NCBI RefSeq assembly: GCF_028368995.1
Contig: NZ_JAQNDL010000001.1
Span: 1,408,001 to 1,472,000, forward strand
DNA: 64,000 nucleotides
Reading direction: 5' to 3'
Origin: Nannocystis bainbridge
GTDB lineage: Bacteria; Myxococcota_A; Polyangia; Nannocystales; Nannocystaceae
Under the pieces are notes generated by a model. The model searched no databases. It was given only the letters and a program-made list of their open reading frames with translations, and had not been told where the DNA came from. A program made the position numbers and the translations under genes. Of this stretch, positions 40,877 to 50,669 are shown piece by piece. How positions within the stretch are numbered: position 1 is the first letter of the stretch; each line of letters begins with the position of its first letter.

Positions 40877-41653
40877 ATGCCGCGAGTCCTCATTGTCGAC
40901 GACGAGGAGCCCCTGCGCGCGAGCCTCAGCTACGCGCTCACCCGCGAGGGCTACAGCGTCACCACCGCCGAGGACGGCGCCAGCGCGCTCGAGCAGACGC
41001 GCACCCGCAACCCTGACCTCGTCATCCTCGACCTCATGCTGCCCGGCCTCGACGGCATGGAGGTGTGCCGCCGCCTGCGCGCCGTGTCCGACGTCCCGGT
41101 CGTCATGTTGACCGCGCGCGACCGCGGCCAGGACAAGGTCGACGGCCTCACCGTCGGCGCCGACGACTACGTCACCAAGCCGTTCGACACCCCCGAGCTG
41201 ATCGCCCGCGTCGGCGCCGTCCTGCGCCGGCGGGCCAGCGCCCAGCGCCTCCTCGAAGAGGACCGCCTGCTGGTCCAGCGCATGGAGGACCTGCTGCGCC
41301 AGGCCCCGATCCCGCGGATCTCCGCCAGCGAGCGGCCGCCCGCGCACGGACGCCTCGAGGGCGGCCGCGTCGTCGTCGACCTCGACAGCGCCACCGTCCT
41401 CGTGCGCGGCCGGGCGATCACCACCTCGGCGGCCGAGTACGCGCTGCTGCGGATCCTCCTGTCCTACCCCGGCCGCGTCGTCACCCGCACCGAGCTGATC
41501 GAGCGCACCTGGGGTCACGGCGCGCCCGACGGCCACACCCTGCTCGCCGTGCACATCCGCTGCCTGCGTGAGAAGATCGAGGAGGACCCGGCCCAGCCGC
41601 GCCTCGTCATCACCGTGCCCGGCATCGGCTTCCGCTACGACCTGCCGTCCTGA
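40877..41653 (+). CDS. OmpR-family response regulator
   Basis: VLIVDDE, DLMLPGLDG, GADDYVTKPF, winged helix TVPGIGFRY. Start could be 40865. Confidence 0.92.
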   Translation: MPRVLIVDDEEPLRASLSYALTREGYSVTTAEDGASALEQTRTRNPDLVILDLMLPGLDGMEVCRRLRAVSDVPVVMLTARDRGQDKVDGLTVGADDYVTKPFDTPELIARVGAVLRRRASAQRLLEEDRLLVQRMEDLLRQAPIPRISASERPPAHGRLEGGRVVVDLDSATVLVRGRAITTSAAEYALLRILLSYPGRVVTRTELIERTWGHGAPDGHTLLAVHIRCLREKIEEDPAQPRLVITVPGIGFRYDLPS

Positions 41654-41673
41654 TCGAGGCCACCACCGCTCGC

Positions 41674-43116
41674 ATGCCCGCCACCGCCCGCAGCAAGCGA
41701 CGATTCGGGCGTCTGGGCGTCCGCCGGCGCCTGTTCGTCACCACCCTCGGCCTGCTGGTGCTGTGCGCCGGGGCGCTCGTGTCGGTGGTCCTGTGGTCGT
41801 TCGAGCGCTTCTACCTGGCCACCGCCGCGGCCGACCTCGGCGCCCGCACCCACGCGCTGGCCCAGACCGCCGGCGACCTGCTCGAGCAGGACGACCTGAC
41901 CCGCCTGCGCCTCCTCGTCGAGCGCTACGGCGCCCCCGAGGACATCGCCCTGCGGGTGGTCGCGCCCGACGGCCGCCTGCTCGCCACCTCGCAGCAAGAC
42001 CCCGCCGAGAGCGCGATCGTCTGGCCCACGGTGCCCGGCATGGCCGAAGCCCTGGCCGGCCGCGCCGCCAACGGCATCGCTCCCGGCCTCGTCGACAGCC
42101 AGGAGCGCATCTACCACGCCGTCCCGATCGTCCGTCACGGCCGCCAGCTCGGCGTCATCCGCATGTCGCGCTCGCTCGCCCAGCTGCAGGCGCACATGAC
42201 GGCCACGGTCTTCACCGTGCTCGCCGCGCTGGCCGTCATCCTCGCCGTCGGCGCCGGCTTCGTCGCATGGTTCGCGCGCGGCCTGGCGCGGCCGATCCAG
42301 CAGATGCGGGACTTCGCGGTCGCGCTCGGCCGCGGCGAGCTCGGCGCTCGCCTGGCGATCGCCCGCGCCGACGAGCTCGGCGAGCTCGCGGCCGAGCTCA
42401 ATCGCATGGCCGAGCGGCTCGCCGCGCTCGAGGGCGAGCGCCGCAGCTTCCTCGCCAACGCCTCGCACGAGCTGCGCACCCCCGTCTCCAACCTCCACGT
42501 CACCTTGCAGGCGCTCGACGGCGGCGCCGGCGAGGATCCCGAGCTGCGCACTCGCTTCGTCCGCACCGCCGTCGACGAGACCACGCGGCTGCGCACCCTG
42601 ATCCAGGACCTCCTCGACCTCGGCCACCTCGAGGCCGGCTCGACCCGCCTCGAGCGCAGCGACACCGCCCTGCGGCCCGTGCTCGAGCGGGCCACGCGGG
42701 CCATCGAGGGCCGCGCGCTCGACCGCCGCGTCTCGCTCGCCGTCGACCTCGACGAGGACCTGACCGTCTGCATCGACCCCGAGCGGATCGCCCAGGCCCT
42801 GCTGTGCGTCCTCGACAACGCCCTCAAGTTCTCGCCAGCGGGCAGCCGCATCGAGGTCGCGGCCCGCCGTCGCGGCAGCCGCGTCGACATCACGGTGCGC
42901 GACCAGGGCCCCGGCATCGCCGACGCCGACCGCCCGCACGTGTTCGAGCAGTTTTACACCGCCGACCCCGCGCGCCGCCGCGGCGGCTCCGGCCTCGGCC
43001 TGGCGATCGCCCGGCGGATCGTCGACGCCCACGGCGGCACGATCCACGTCGACACCGGCCCGGCCCGCGGCGCCGCCCTCGTCATCACCCTGCCCCTCGC
43101 CTCGCCCGCGGCGTGA
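41674..43116 (+). CDS. HAMP-containing sensor histidine kinase
   Basis: Two TM helices, HAMP, ASHELRTP, DNALKF, DQGPGI, GSGLGL. Confidence 0.93.
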   Translation: MPATARSKRRFGRLGVRRRLFVTTLGLLVLCAGALVSVVLWSFERFYLATAAADLGARTHALAQTAGDLLEQDDLTRLRLLVERYGAPEDIALRVVAPDGRLLATSQQDPAESAIVWPTVPGMAEALAGRAANGIAPGLVDSQERIYHAVPIVRHGRQLGVIRMSRSLAQLQAHMTATVFTVLAALAVILAVGAGFVAWFARGLARPIQQMRDFAVALGRGELGARLAIARADELGELAAELNRMAERLAALEGERRSFLANASHELRTPVSNLHVTLQALDGGAGEDPELRTRFVRTAVDETTRLRTLIQDLLDLGHLEAGSTRLERSDTALRPVLERATRAIEGRALDRRVSLAVDLDEDLTVCIDPERIAQALLCVLDNALKFSPAGSRIEVAARRRGSRVDITVRDQGPGIADADRPHVFEQFYTADPARRRGGSGLGLAIARRIVDAHGGTIHVDTGPARGAALVITLPLASPAA

Positions 43117-43183
43117 ACTTCGGTCATCTGTCCCGAAGGACAGAATCACATGTCCTCCAGGACATGCGCGTTCATCGGTCCGT

Positions 43184-43831
43184 TCACCCCTCCTCGTCGG
43201 GCCAGCGCACCACCCGGCTCGCGTGCGCCACCTCCGGTTGCGGCGCCGGTCCTGCCAATGTCCGAAAGGTCAGGTTGATGCGCGGCCCCGTCACCCCCGG
43301 CTCGCGCGGCACCTTGTGCTGGTGCGTGTGCTGCAGGTCGCCGCGCATGATCAGCAGGTCGCCCGCCGCCAGCGCCAGCGTCAGGCACGGCTCGCTCGCC
43401 CCGCGCGCGCGGACCAGGAATTGCCGCGTCGCCCCGAACGACAGCGACGCGATGATCGGGTCGCGGCCCACCCCTGGGCTGTCGTCCGCGTGCCAGTTCA
43501 CCCCGTCCTCGCCGTCGCGGTACAGCTGCACGATGAGCGCGTTGAAGCGCGTCTCCGCCGTCGCCTCCGCCAGCGCGCGCAGCTCCGTCAGCAGCGGCGT
43601 CCACGGCAGCGGCGTGAACACCAGCCCCGAATAATCATAGGACCGCTCGCCGTAGTTGACCGTCAGCCGCGGCAGCTCGCGCGGGCGCCCGCCGTTCTCG
43701 TAGCGCACCGCCAGCCACGGCGTCTCGCGCAGCAGCGTCGCCATCAGCGCCGCCGCGCGGGCCGGCGCCACGAACCCGCGGGCCACCCGGATCCGGTCGT
43801 CCAGCAGCGAAGCCAGCCCCGCCGCGGTCAC
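43184..43831 (-). CDS. AlkB-family (ALKBH2/3-like) 2OG-Fe(II) dioxygenase
   Basis: PRLT, YDYSG, YRDG.D.V.WHAD, IASLSFGATR.F, HKVP, RINLTFR. GTGA overlap with the GNAT gene. Confidence 0.9.
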   Translation of the reverse strand: MTAAGLASLLDDRIRVARGFVAPARAAALMATLLRETPWLAVRYENGGRPRELPRLTVNYGERSYDYSGLVFTPLPWTPLLTELRALAEATAETRFNALIVQLYRDGEDGVNWHADDSPGVGRDPIIASLSFGATRQFLVRARGASEPCLTLALAAGDLLIMRGDLQHTHQHKVPREPGVTGPRINLTFRTLAGPAPQPEVAHASRVVRWPDEEG

Positions 43832-44649
43832 GGCGACGGCTCCAGCCCCGGCCCTGGTCGCACCAGCGCCACCTTGTGATAGACCAGCGCGAACCCCATG
43901 CGGGCCGCGTTGCGCTCGGTCGGGATGCCCGGGCGCGAATGGATGCACACCACCGCGCACCCGCGGGCCTGCGCAGCCTGCAGCCGCAACGCGATGAGCG
44001 CCTGCTGGATCCCCCGCCCGCGGTGGCTCGCCCGCACCGAAGTCCCCAGCAGCGCCGCCACCCCCTCGCCGACATCGAGCGAACCGCCCCCGACCGCCGC
44101 CGCGCCGTCGAGCGCCAGGAAGCACTCCGTGCGCGCCTCCGCGATCATCCGCCGCGACGCGTCTGCCAGCGCCTCCGGCACCGGCGCGCCCTCGGGGCGA
44201 AAGCCGCAGGTCGAAGCCTCGACGAACGCCTCGACCTGGGCCCTATCCTTCCGATCGACGCGCGCGAACGTGATCCCGGCCGGCCACCCGAGCGCCGGCG
44301 CGAACGCCTCGCCCGCCGTCAGCGGCCGGGCCAGCACCGCCTCGAACTCGCGCAGCACGAAGCCTCGGGCCGCCAGAGCGGCCAGCAGCGTCTCGTCGGC
44401 GAAGGCGCACACCTCGAGCTTCGGCTCGATGCCGCGGCTGGCGTAGAACTCGACCAGGCGGTCGACCTCGGCCTCCGCGACCGGCCCCGCGAGCCCGAGC
44501 CCGCACGCCTGATTGGTCCACGAACCCGGCCCGCTGACCGACATGAACCCGCCGGCGACCGGCTCCGAAACCAGCGCCGCCGCCACCGTGCATTCGGCCT
44601 GGCGACGCTCCTCGAGCACGGCGATGTCCCTCGGCGACAGCTGCGACAT
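43828..44649 (-). CDS. GNAT-family N-acetyltransferase
   Basis: HRGRGIQ.ALI..RL, RNA.RMGF. Confidence 0.88.
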   Translation of the reverse strand: MSQLSPRDIAVLEERRQAECTVAAALVSEPVAGGFMSVSGPGSWTNQACGLGLAGPVAEAEVDRLVEFYASRGIEPKLEVCAFADETLLAALAARGFVLREFEAVLARPLTAGEAFAPALGWPAGITFARVDRKDRAQVEAFVEASTCGFRPEGAPVPEALADASRRMIAEARTECFLALDGAAAVGGGSLDVGEGVAALLGTSVRASHRGRGIQQALIALRLQAAQARGCAVVCIHSRPGIPTERNAARMGFALVYHKVALVRPGPGLEPSP

Positions 44650-44844
44650 GATGCGCGCGAGCCTACGCCAACTCGCGGGGCCCGCCAAGCGCGGCCCCGC
44701 GACATGTCCCTTCGGCCAGCTCGAAATATATCCGCCGCTGCTCCCGCGGTCCGCCGGAGAGATTCGACCGTCGCTCGCGCGGGTGCAGCGCGAGCCGCAC
44801 GCGACGCAACCTGCCTTACGACCGCGATCCTTGCGGGAGCTCGA

Positions 44845-45624
44845 TCAGAATTCGAAGCCGCAGCACTCGAACGAGATATCCGCCTTCTCGTCCGGCTCGA
44901 GCGCGCAGAACCCCTCGGATGACCCGCACGTGCCGTCCGGCTGGCCGGCGATGAGGCACGTGCAAGTGTCGCCCTCGCAGCGGATCTCCTCCGCCGGCCC
45001 GTCGATGCACTGGAAGCCGTACGAGCACGTATCCGGCCCCTCGCTGGATCCGATCTCCTCGCACTCCTCCGCCGAGCACGCCTCCACGAGCGCCAGCGAC
45101 TCCGCAGCGCAGCCGTTCAAATTCTCGCTCAGCAGCTCCTCGCAGGTCAGCCCGCTGGCGCACTGGTAGGCCGCGACCGTGGCCGCGGTGCACGCCTCGT
45201 CGCCGCCGGGGAGGTCGCTGGTGCAGTCGAGCTTGCAGGAGGCGACGTCGCCGAACTCGGGCGACTCGCACTCGTTGACGAACTTCTCGCACAGCGACTC
45301 GCACGCGGCGTCGACTTCGGGCGAGACCTCTCCGCCGGTGGTGGTGCCGGGCTCCTCGGCGGTCGTCGCTTCGGTCGTGCCCTCCGTCGAGGTCGGCGCA
45401 GTGGTCTCCGTGGTCTCCGTGGTCTCCGTGGTCGAGGTCGGCGCCGTCGTCATCGCGTCGGTGCCTGCCGTGTCCTCGGTGCCTGCCGTCGCGTCGGTGC
45501 CTGCCGTCGCGTCGGTCGTCGCGTCGGTGTCCGTGGTCATCGACTCGCCGCCGGGGCACGCGGCGAGTGCGAACACTCCGGCGATCAGACAGGCGCGAGC
45601 GAAAGACGAAGTCATCGTGTTCAT
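44845..45624 (-). CDS. Cys-rich lipoprotein with Thr-rich linker
   Basis: LAAC lipobox; TDATAG repeats; many paired Cys. Confidence 0.75.
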   Translation of the reverse strand: MNTMTSSFARACLIAGVFALAACPGGESMTTDTDATTDATAGTDATAGTEDTAGTDAMTTAPTSTTETTETTETTAPTSTEGTTEATTAEEPGTTTGGEVSPEVDAACESLCEKFVNECESPEFGDVASCKLDCTSDLPGGDEACTAATVAAYQCASGLTCEELLSENLNGCAAESLALVEACSAEECEEIGSSEGPDTCSYGFQCIDGPAEEIRCEGDTCTCLIAGQPDGTCGSSEGFCALEPDEKADISFECCGFEF

Positions 45625-45924
45625 GGCCGGCGAAGTAACCGGGCCGCCGAGAAAAATTGCGGCGATGTTCGCGCGAACGACCGCCACCTCGCAGCCCCCG
45701 TCGAGCCCGCCGCCGCGAAGCTCTCCGGGACGCGGGACGGCCGCGGACGCGGCTCACGGCCAGCGACGGCCAGCAGCGCGAGCGCGAGCCTCGTCGGCGC
45801 CATGGGGCCCTGCCCGAGGCGGCTCGGGCCGGGCTGCCCGCCGCATGCAATTTCGACCAGCTCCTTTCGTGCCGGCCACCGACTGGCAGACCGGCCGCAT
45901 TTCGCGGATCCTCACCGCTCTGCC

Positions 45925-46368
45925 ATGCCCGACGTGATCGAGTTCTACCTGGCCGGCGAACTGAACGGCGAGTTCTCCAACTTCGCCCCCTTCCCGATCA
46001 AGCTCGGCGGCAAGAGGTGGCCGACCAGCGAGCACTACTTCCAGGCCCAGAAGTTCGCCGGCACGCCGCACGAGGAGGAGATCCGTCGCGTCAAGAAGCC
46101 GCGCCTGGCCGCCGAGATGGGCCGCGACCGCAAGCGCCCGCTGCGGCGCGACTGGGAGGCCGTCAAGGAGCGCGTGATGCTCGACGCCCTGCGCGCCAAG
46201 TTCAACCAGCACGACGACCTCCGCGCGCTCCTGCTCGCCACCGGCAACGCCCGCCTCGTCGAGCACACCGCCAACGACGCCTACTGGGGCGACGGCGGCG
46301 ACGGCAGCGGCAAGAACCGCCTCGGCTACCTGCTCATGCAGCTCCGCGAAGAGCTGCGCAACGCCTGA
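45925..46368 (+). CDS. NADAR (YbiA-like) family protein
   Basis: FSNF, SEHYFQAQKF, W..VK..VM..AL.AKF.QH, D.YWG, GKNRLG..LM..R. Confidence 0.93.
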   Translation: MPDVIEFYLAGELNGEFSNFAPFPIKLGGKRWPTSEHYFQAQKFAGTPHEEEIRRVKKPRLAAEMGRDRKRPLRRDWEAVKERVMLDALRAKFNQHDDLRALLLATGNARLVEHTANDAYWGDGGDGSGKNRLGYLLMQLREELRNA

Positions 46369-46599
46369 GTCCTTGGCCGATCGGGTCGCAACGTCCGCGC
46401 GCGCCGACGATTGCGAAGCGACCCCCGCGAGCTCACGGCGGCGCCGCGCGCGTGCGACGACGCGGACATGCGCGCAAGCATGGCATCGATCGCCTCGTCG
46501 CATTCCAGGATGTATCGAGGCGTTCGAGGCCGGCGCGGTATCGAGGAGCTCGATCTCCGTCGACGTCGCCGCGCCTTCGCTGCTACTGTCGCCTCTGCG

Positions 46600-47124
46600 A
46601 TGTCCCAGCCCGATTTCGACGGTTCGCAGGTGATCGAGACCGCCACCATGGTGCTGTTCTGGCAGCCGCCGGGGCTGTTCGGCCAGTGGACCCCCTCGCG
46701 CTTCGAGGTCGACGGCGTCACCTACGGCTGCGCCGAGCAGTTCATGATGGCCGAAAAGGCCCGGCTGTTCGGCGACGAAGCCACCCGCGCCCGGATCCTC
46801 GCCACCGACTCACCGAAGCAGCACAAGGCCCTCGGCCGCGAGGTCGCCGGCTTCGAGCAGGCCGTGTGGGACCGCGAGTGCCTCGACATCGTCGTGCGCG
46901 GCAACCGGGCCAAGTTCGGCCAGGACCCGGCCCTGCGCGCCGCCCTGCTCGCCACCGGCGACAAGCTGCTCGTCGAGGCCAGCCCGCTCGACCGCCTGTG
47001 GGGCGTCGGCCTGCGCGCCGACGACCCGCGGATCCACGACCCGGCCCAGTGGCGCGGCAAGAACCTGCTCGGCGAGGCGCTGATGCGCGTGCGCGCCGAG
47101 CTCCGCGCCGCCGATCTTTCATAA
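46600..47124 (+). CDS. Second NADAR-family protein
   Basis: QW.PS.F, AEQFMMAEKA.LFGD, GNRAKFGQ, VEASPLD..WGVG, GKNLLG.ALM.VR. Confidence 0.93.
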   Translation: MSQPDFDGSQVIETATMVLFWQPPGLFGQWTPSRFEVDGVTYGCAEQFMMAEKARLFGDEATRARILATDSPKQHKALGREVAGFEQAVWDRECLDIVVRGNRAKFGQDPALRAALLATGDKLLVEASPLDRLWGVGLRADDPRIHDPAQWRGKNLLGEALMRVRAELRAADLS

Positions 47125-47186
47125 ACATGTCTCTTGAGCCATATCGCACGACGTGACTCTTCGGACAGCTCACCGCCAGCCGCCCC

Positions 47187-47719
47187 TCACGAGAACTTCA
47201 GGTCGAGCCGCCCCAGCGCGAAGAAGAACGGCGCCGGCGCCCGCGGCAACTTCCCTCGCATCAAGTTGCGCAGCGCCAGCCGCGGCCAGCTGCGCCGCGC
47301 GTCGACCCCGGAGAAGAACCGCGCCCCGCGTAATAGATCCGCTCGACCTCCTCGTCGCCGACCCGCCCGCGCACATAACTCGGCGTGTGCAGCCCGTGGT
47401 GATCCCACGCGTCGCGGCCGGGCTGCGGCGCCAGCCGCTGCGCCCGCCCCGGTCGCCCCGGCTCGCTCACGGACGACCACTGCGGCGAGTCCAGCTCGGC
47501 CCCCGCCGGCAGCTGCAGCGCGAACAGGTTGTTGCGAAAGTCGAGTTGAAACCCGCCGACGAACATGGTCCAGCGCCCGTCGACCCGGGCCACGCACGGA
47601 TCGCCGTAACCGAGCAGGTTCCGCGCCGGCGTGCCGTCCAGCATGCTGTAGAGCAGCGTCGGCGGGCCACACGGACGCAGTCGGGACACTCGCGGATCGA
47701 CGGACTCGGACACGCCCAC
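47187..47719 (-). pseudogene. Probable internally deleted glycoside-hydrolase-like (five-bladed propeller) gene
   Basis: Frame A has GDPCV..VDGRWTMF, AWD.HGLHTPSYV, IYYAGR and then loses sense. From about 47320 another frame gives a plausible C-terminus (FFSG...LGRLDLKFS). Confidence 0.5.
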
Positions 47720-48144
47720 GACGGTAGCACCGCGATCGCCGCAGCATCACGGCGACGCAGACCGCGACTCGCTCGTCGTCCTCGACAAACTCGCGCAGGC
47801 CCACGCCCCGTCGGACCTCGCCCTGCCATCAATCCACGCCGCCCGCCGAATCACCCACTCCCGCGATGCACCGACCTTCGCGGCGCGATCTCCAGTGGCG
47901 GCATCCGCCCTCTCGACGACCGCACCACCGCGATCTCCGAGCCCCACCAACATCCTGCATCGCGCCGCGCCTCGCAGCCCGCGAACGCGACCCATCACCC
48001 AACCACTGAACCGACCCTAACACGTCGCAGCGTCCCGCTACCAGCCCCGATCTGCTCACGTCCGCCGGCTCGGCCTGGAGGATCCGCACCCATCCTCTCC
48101 GCGCCTGCGCTCGCCCCCTCGAGCCGCGGTGTCATCTTTCGCCC

Positions 48145-50115
48145 ATGACTCGACCGCTCGCCCCGCCGGAGGCCGAACTCGTCGCCGAGGAGCGCCGCGT
48201 CTTGCGGGACCTCGCCGCTGCGCTGCCCGGGGCCCGCTATTTCGGCCGCCTGCGCGTGCGCACCGCGGCTGGCGAGCGCGACGTCTTGCTCGCCGATCGC
48301 GCCTTCGTCGGTCACGACCTCGCGCTCGTCGACTGGCGCACCGCCCCGCTCGCCGAGGTCTTCTTCACCTGCGACGTCGGCGACGACTACGAGCTGGAGC
48401 GCGACGATCGCCCCCTGCGCGGCGTCGTCGTTCGCCGTCACCTCGTCCACCTCCGCGCCGGCGAGCTCGTCGGCCTCGACCTCGCCGATCGCCGCCTCCG
48501 TCGTCAATCACACGACCTCTGGCTCGCCGACGAGCGGCCCGGCCCGCGTATCGCCCCGCGCCCGCCCGCCCAGCGCAGCCGCCCGCTGTCGCCCGCGCGC
48601 GTCGAGCTCGATCCGCACCAGCGCGCCGCCGTCGAACTCGCCGCCGAGCGCTCGCTGCTCGTCCTCGGCGAGGCCGGCTTCGGCAAGACCACCGTCGCCC
48701 TGCACCGCCTCGCCTTCCTCGCCCGCGCCGCCCACGACGCCCGCCGTCCGTTTCGCGCCCTCATGCTCGTGCCCACCCCCGGCCTGCAGCGCCTGGCCGT
48801 CCGCATGCTCGCCGACCTCGGCGTCGCGCGCGTCCACGTCGACACCTTCGAGCGATGGGTCACCGCCCAGGCCCGGCGCCTGTTCCCCCAATTGCCGCGC
48901 CGCCTCAGCGAGGCCGCCGGTCCCGGCGTGCGCACCTTCAAGCGCCACCCCGCCTTGCGCACCGTCCTGCCGCAGATCGTCGTTGGCACTGCCGCCATGC
49001 GCGACCTCGCGTCCGGCTACCGCGAGCACGCCGTCAGCCTGCGCGACCTCCTGTTGCACCTCTACGGCGACCGCCAACTGCTGGCCGACGTCGCCGCCCA
49101 GGCTCCGGACGAGCTCGGCCCCGCGGTCCTGCAGGACGTGCTCGCCCACACCAAGATCCAGTTCAGCGCCACCACCGAGCGGGCCATGGCCCACGTCGAC
49201 GGCGAGCGGCTGCAAACCCTCGACGGCCGCCCGATCGACGCCGGCACCCCGCTCGCCGACGCCGACACCCTCGACGTCGAGGACTTCGCGGTCCTGTTCG
49301 CCTTGCATCGCCGGATCACCGGCGGCGACCGCACCCCGCACGGCGCCCTCTCGCATTATCAACACATCCTGCTCGACGAGGCCCAGGAGCTGGCCCCCAT
49401 CGAGCTCGAGCTGCTCGCCCGCGCCGTCGCGCCCGACGGCACCGTCACCGTCGCTGGCGACGAGCGACAGCAAGTCGACGCCTCGACCGCCTTCCCCGGC
49501 TGGCCCGCCGTGCTCGCCGAGCTCGGGCGCAGCGAGGCCACCACCGCCGCGCTCACTGTCAGCTACCGCTGCCCGCCGCCCATCGAGGACGTCGCCCGCG
49601 CCGTGCTCGACCCTGGCCAGCGGCCCCGCGACGTCGCCCACCGCGACCACCTGCTCGTCACCCGCCACGACAGCCCCTGCCACCTCGTCGCCGACCTCAC
49701 CGACGCCTTGCTCGCGCTGACGCGCGCCGACCCGCACGTCCACGTCGCCGTCGTCTGCCGCCACGTCGAGACCGCCGCGGCCCTGCACGCCGACCTCGCG
49801 CGCGCGCTGCCGGCCCGCCTGGTCGTCGAGGACGGCGAATTCCGGTTCGCCCCCGGCATCGAGGTCACCACCGTCCAGGACGTCAAGGGCCTCGAGTTCG
49901 ACCTCGTGATCGTCCCCGACCTCGACGGCGCCACCTACCCCGATCGTGCTGACGCCCGCCGCGCCCTCTACGTCGCCGCCACCCGCCCGCTGCACCGCCT
50001 GTGGCTGGCCAGCCCCGGCCCGTGGTCGCCGCTGCTCCCGACCTGGCTCCTGGACCATGTCCGCGAGGACATCCCGAACGAGCCCACCCGCGTGCCCCAA
50101 CCACAGGTCTCATGA
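48145..50115 (+). CDS. UvrD/HelD-like superfamily 1 helicase/ATPase
   Basis: DWRTAP, GEAGFGKTTVALHR, DEAQE, AGD..Q, SYR, KGLEFD, LYVAATR. Confidence 0.88.
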   Translation: MTRPLAPPEAELVAEERRVLRDLAAALPGARYFGRLRVRTAAGERDVLLADRAFVGHDLALVDWRTAPLAEVFFTCDVGDDYELERDDRPLRGVVVRRHLVHLRAGELVGLDLADRRLRRQSHDLWLADERPGPRIAPRPPAQRSRPLSPARVELDPHQRAAVELAAERSLLVLGEAGFGKTTVALHRLAFLARAAHDARRPFRALMLVPTPGLQRLAVRMLADLGVARVHVDTFERWVTAQARRLFPQLPRRLSEAAGPGVRTFKRHPALRTVLPQIVVGTAAMRDLASGYREHAVSLRDLLLHLYGDRQLLADVAAQAPDELGPAVLQDVLAHTKIQFSATTERAMAHVDGERLQTLDGRPIDAGTPLADADTLDVEDFAVLFALHRRITGGDRTPHGALSHYQHILLDEAQELAPIELELLARAVAPDGTVTVAGDERQQVDASTAFPGWPAVLAELGRSEATTAALTVSYRCPPPIEDVARAVLDPGQRPRDVAHRDHLLVTRHDSPCHLVADLTDALLALTRADPHVHVAVVCRHVETAAALHADLARALPARLVVEDGEFRFAPGIEVTTVQDVKGLEFDLVIVPDLDGATYPDRADARRALYVAATRPLHRLWLASPGPWSPLLPTWLLDHVREDIPNEPTRVPQPQVS

Positions 50116-50153
50116 GACATGTCCGTTCGGACATGGCGAGCGCAGCCCGCTCG

Positions 50154-50460
50154 CGCTTCGAACATAACTCTTCGTACATGTCCAATGGGTCATGTCAATC
50201 GCCGAGCCGCTCGAGCACGGCGCTCCGCACATGTCCGATGGCCATGTCGATCGCCGAACCGCTCGAACACGGCGCTTCGCACATATCCGATGGGCCAATG
50301 TCGATCGCCGCGCCCGCTCGAACACGGCGCTTCGCACATGTCCGATGGGACACGACGATCACCCCACCCGCTCGAACCCGGCGCTTCGCACATGTCGATG
50401 GGCCGCGTCGATCACCGCGCGCGCCGCGAACCTGCCGCCTCGCACATGTCCTCGAGGACA
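50154..50460. repeat. About six degenerate 52-55-bp tandem repeats, each carrying a variant of the 14-bp palindrome
   Basis: Unit approximately CCGCTCGAACACGGCGCTTCGCACATGTCCGATGGGCCATGTCGATCGCCGAA; copies start near 50154, 50207, 50259, 50314, 50368 and 50423. Confidence 0.85.
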
Positions 50461-50669
50461 TCCGCCCCGATCCACCGCGAGACGGCCCCCGACGCGCGCT
50501 CCAGGCAATCCCCGCGCCCTGCGATCGACCGCCGTTCAGCGCCCTCACTGCTTGACGAAACGCACGACGCCGGGCCTCCGCCGTCTCCGAGACCGCGGCG
50601 CGCGACGCCCTCGGGGTGGGGTCTGCCTCGCCCCTGCGCCGGCGCTGCGCCGACTGCTACGGTCCCCGC

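Noticed and set aside
47720-48140. Possible gene or ncRNA in the C-rich intergenic stretch
   Set aside because: No convincing ORF, codon bias or recognisable RNA structure.
50154-50460. Possible CRISPR array
   Set aside because: Whole units are similar to each other, there are no unique spacers, and no cas genes are present; it is a degenerate tandem repeat.
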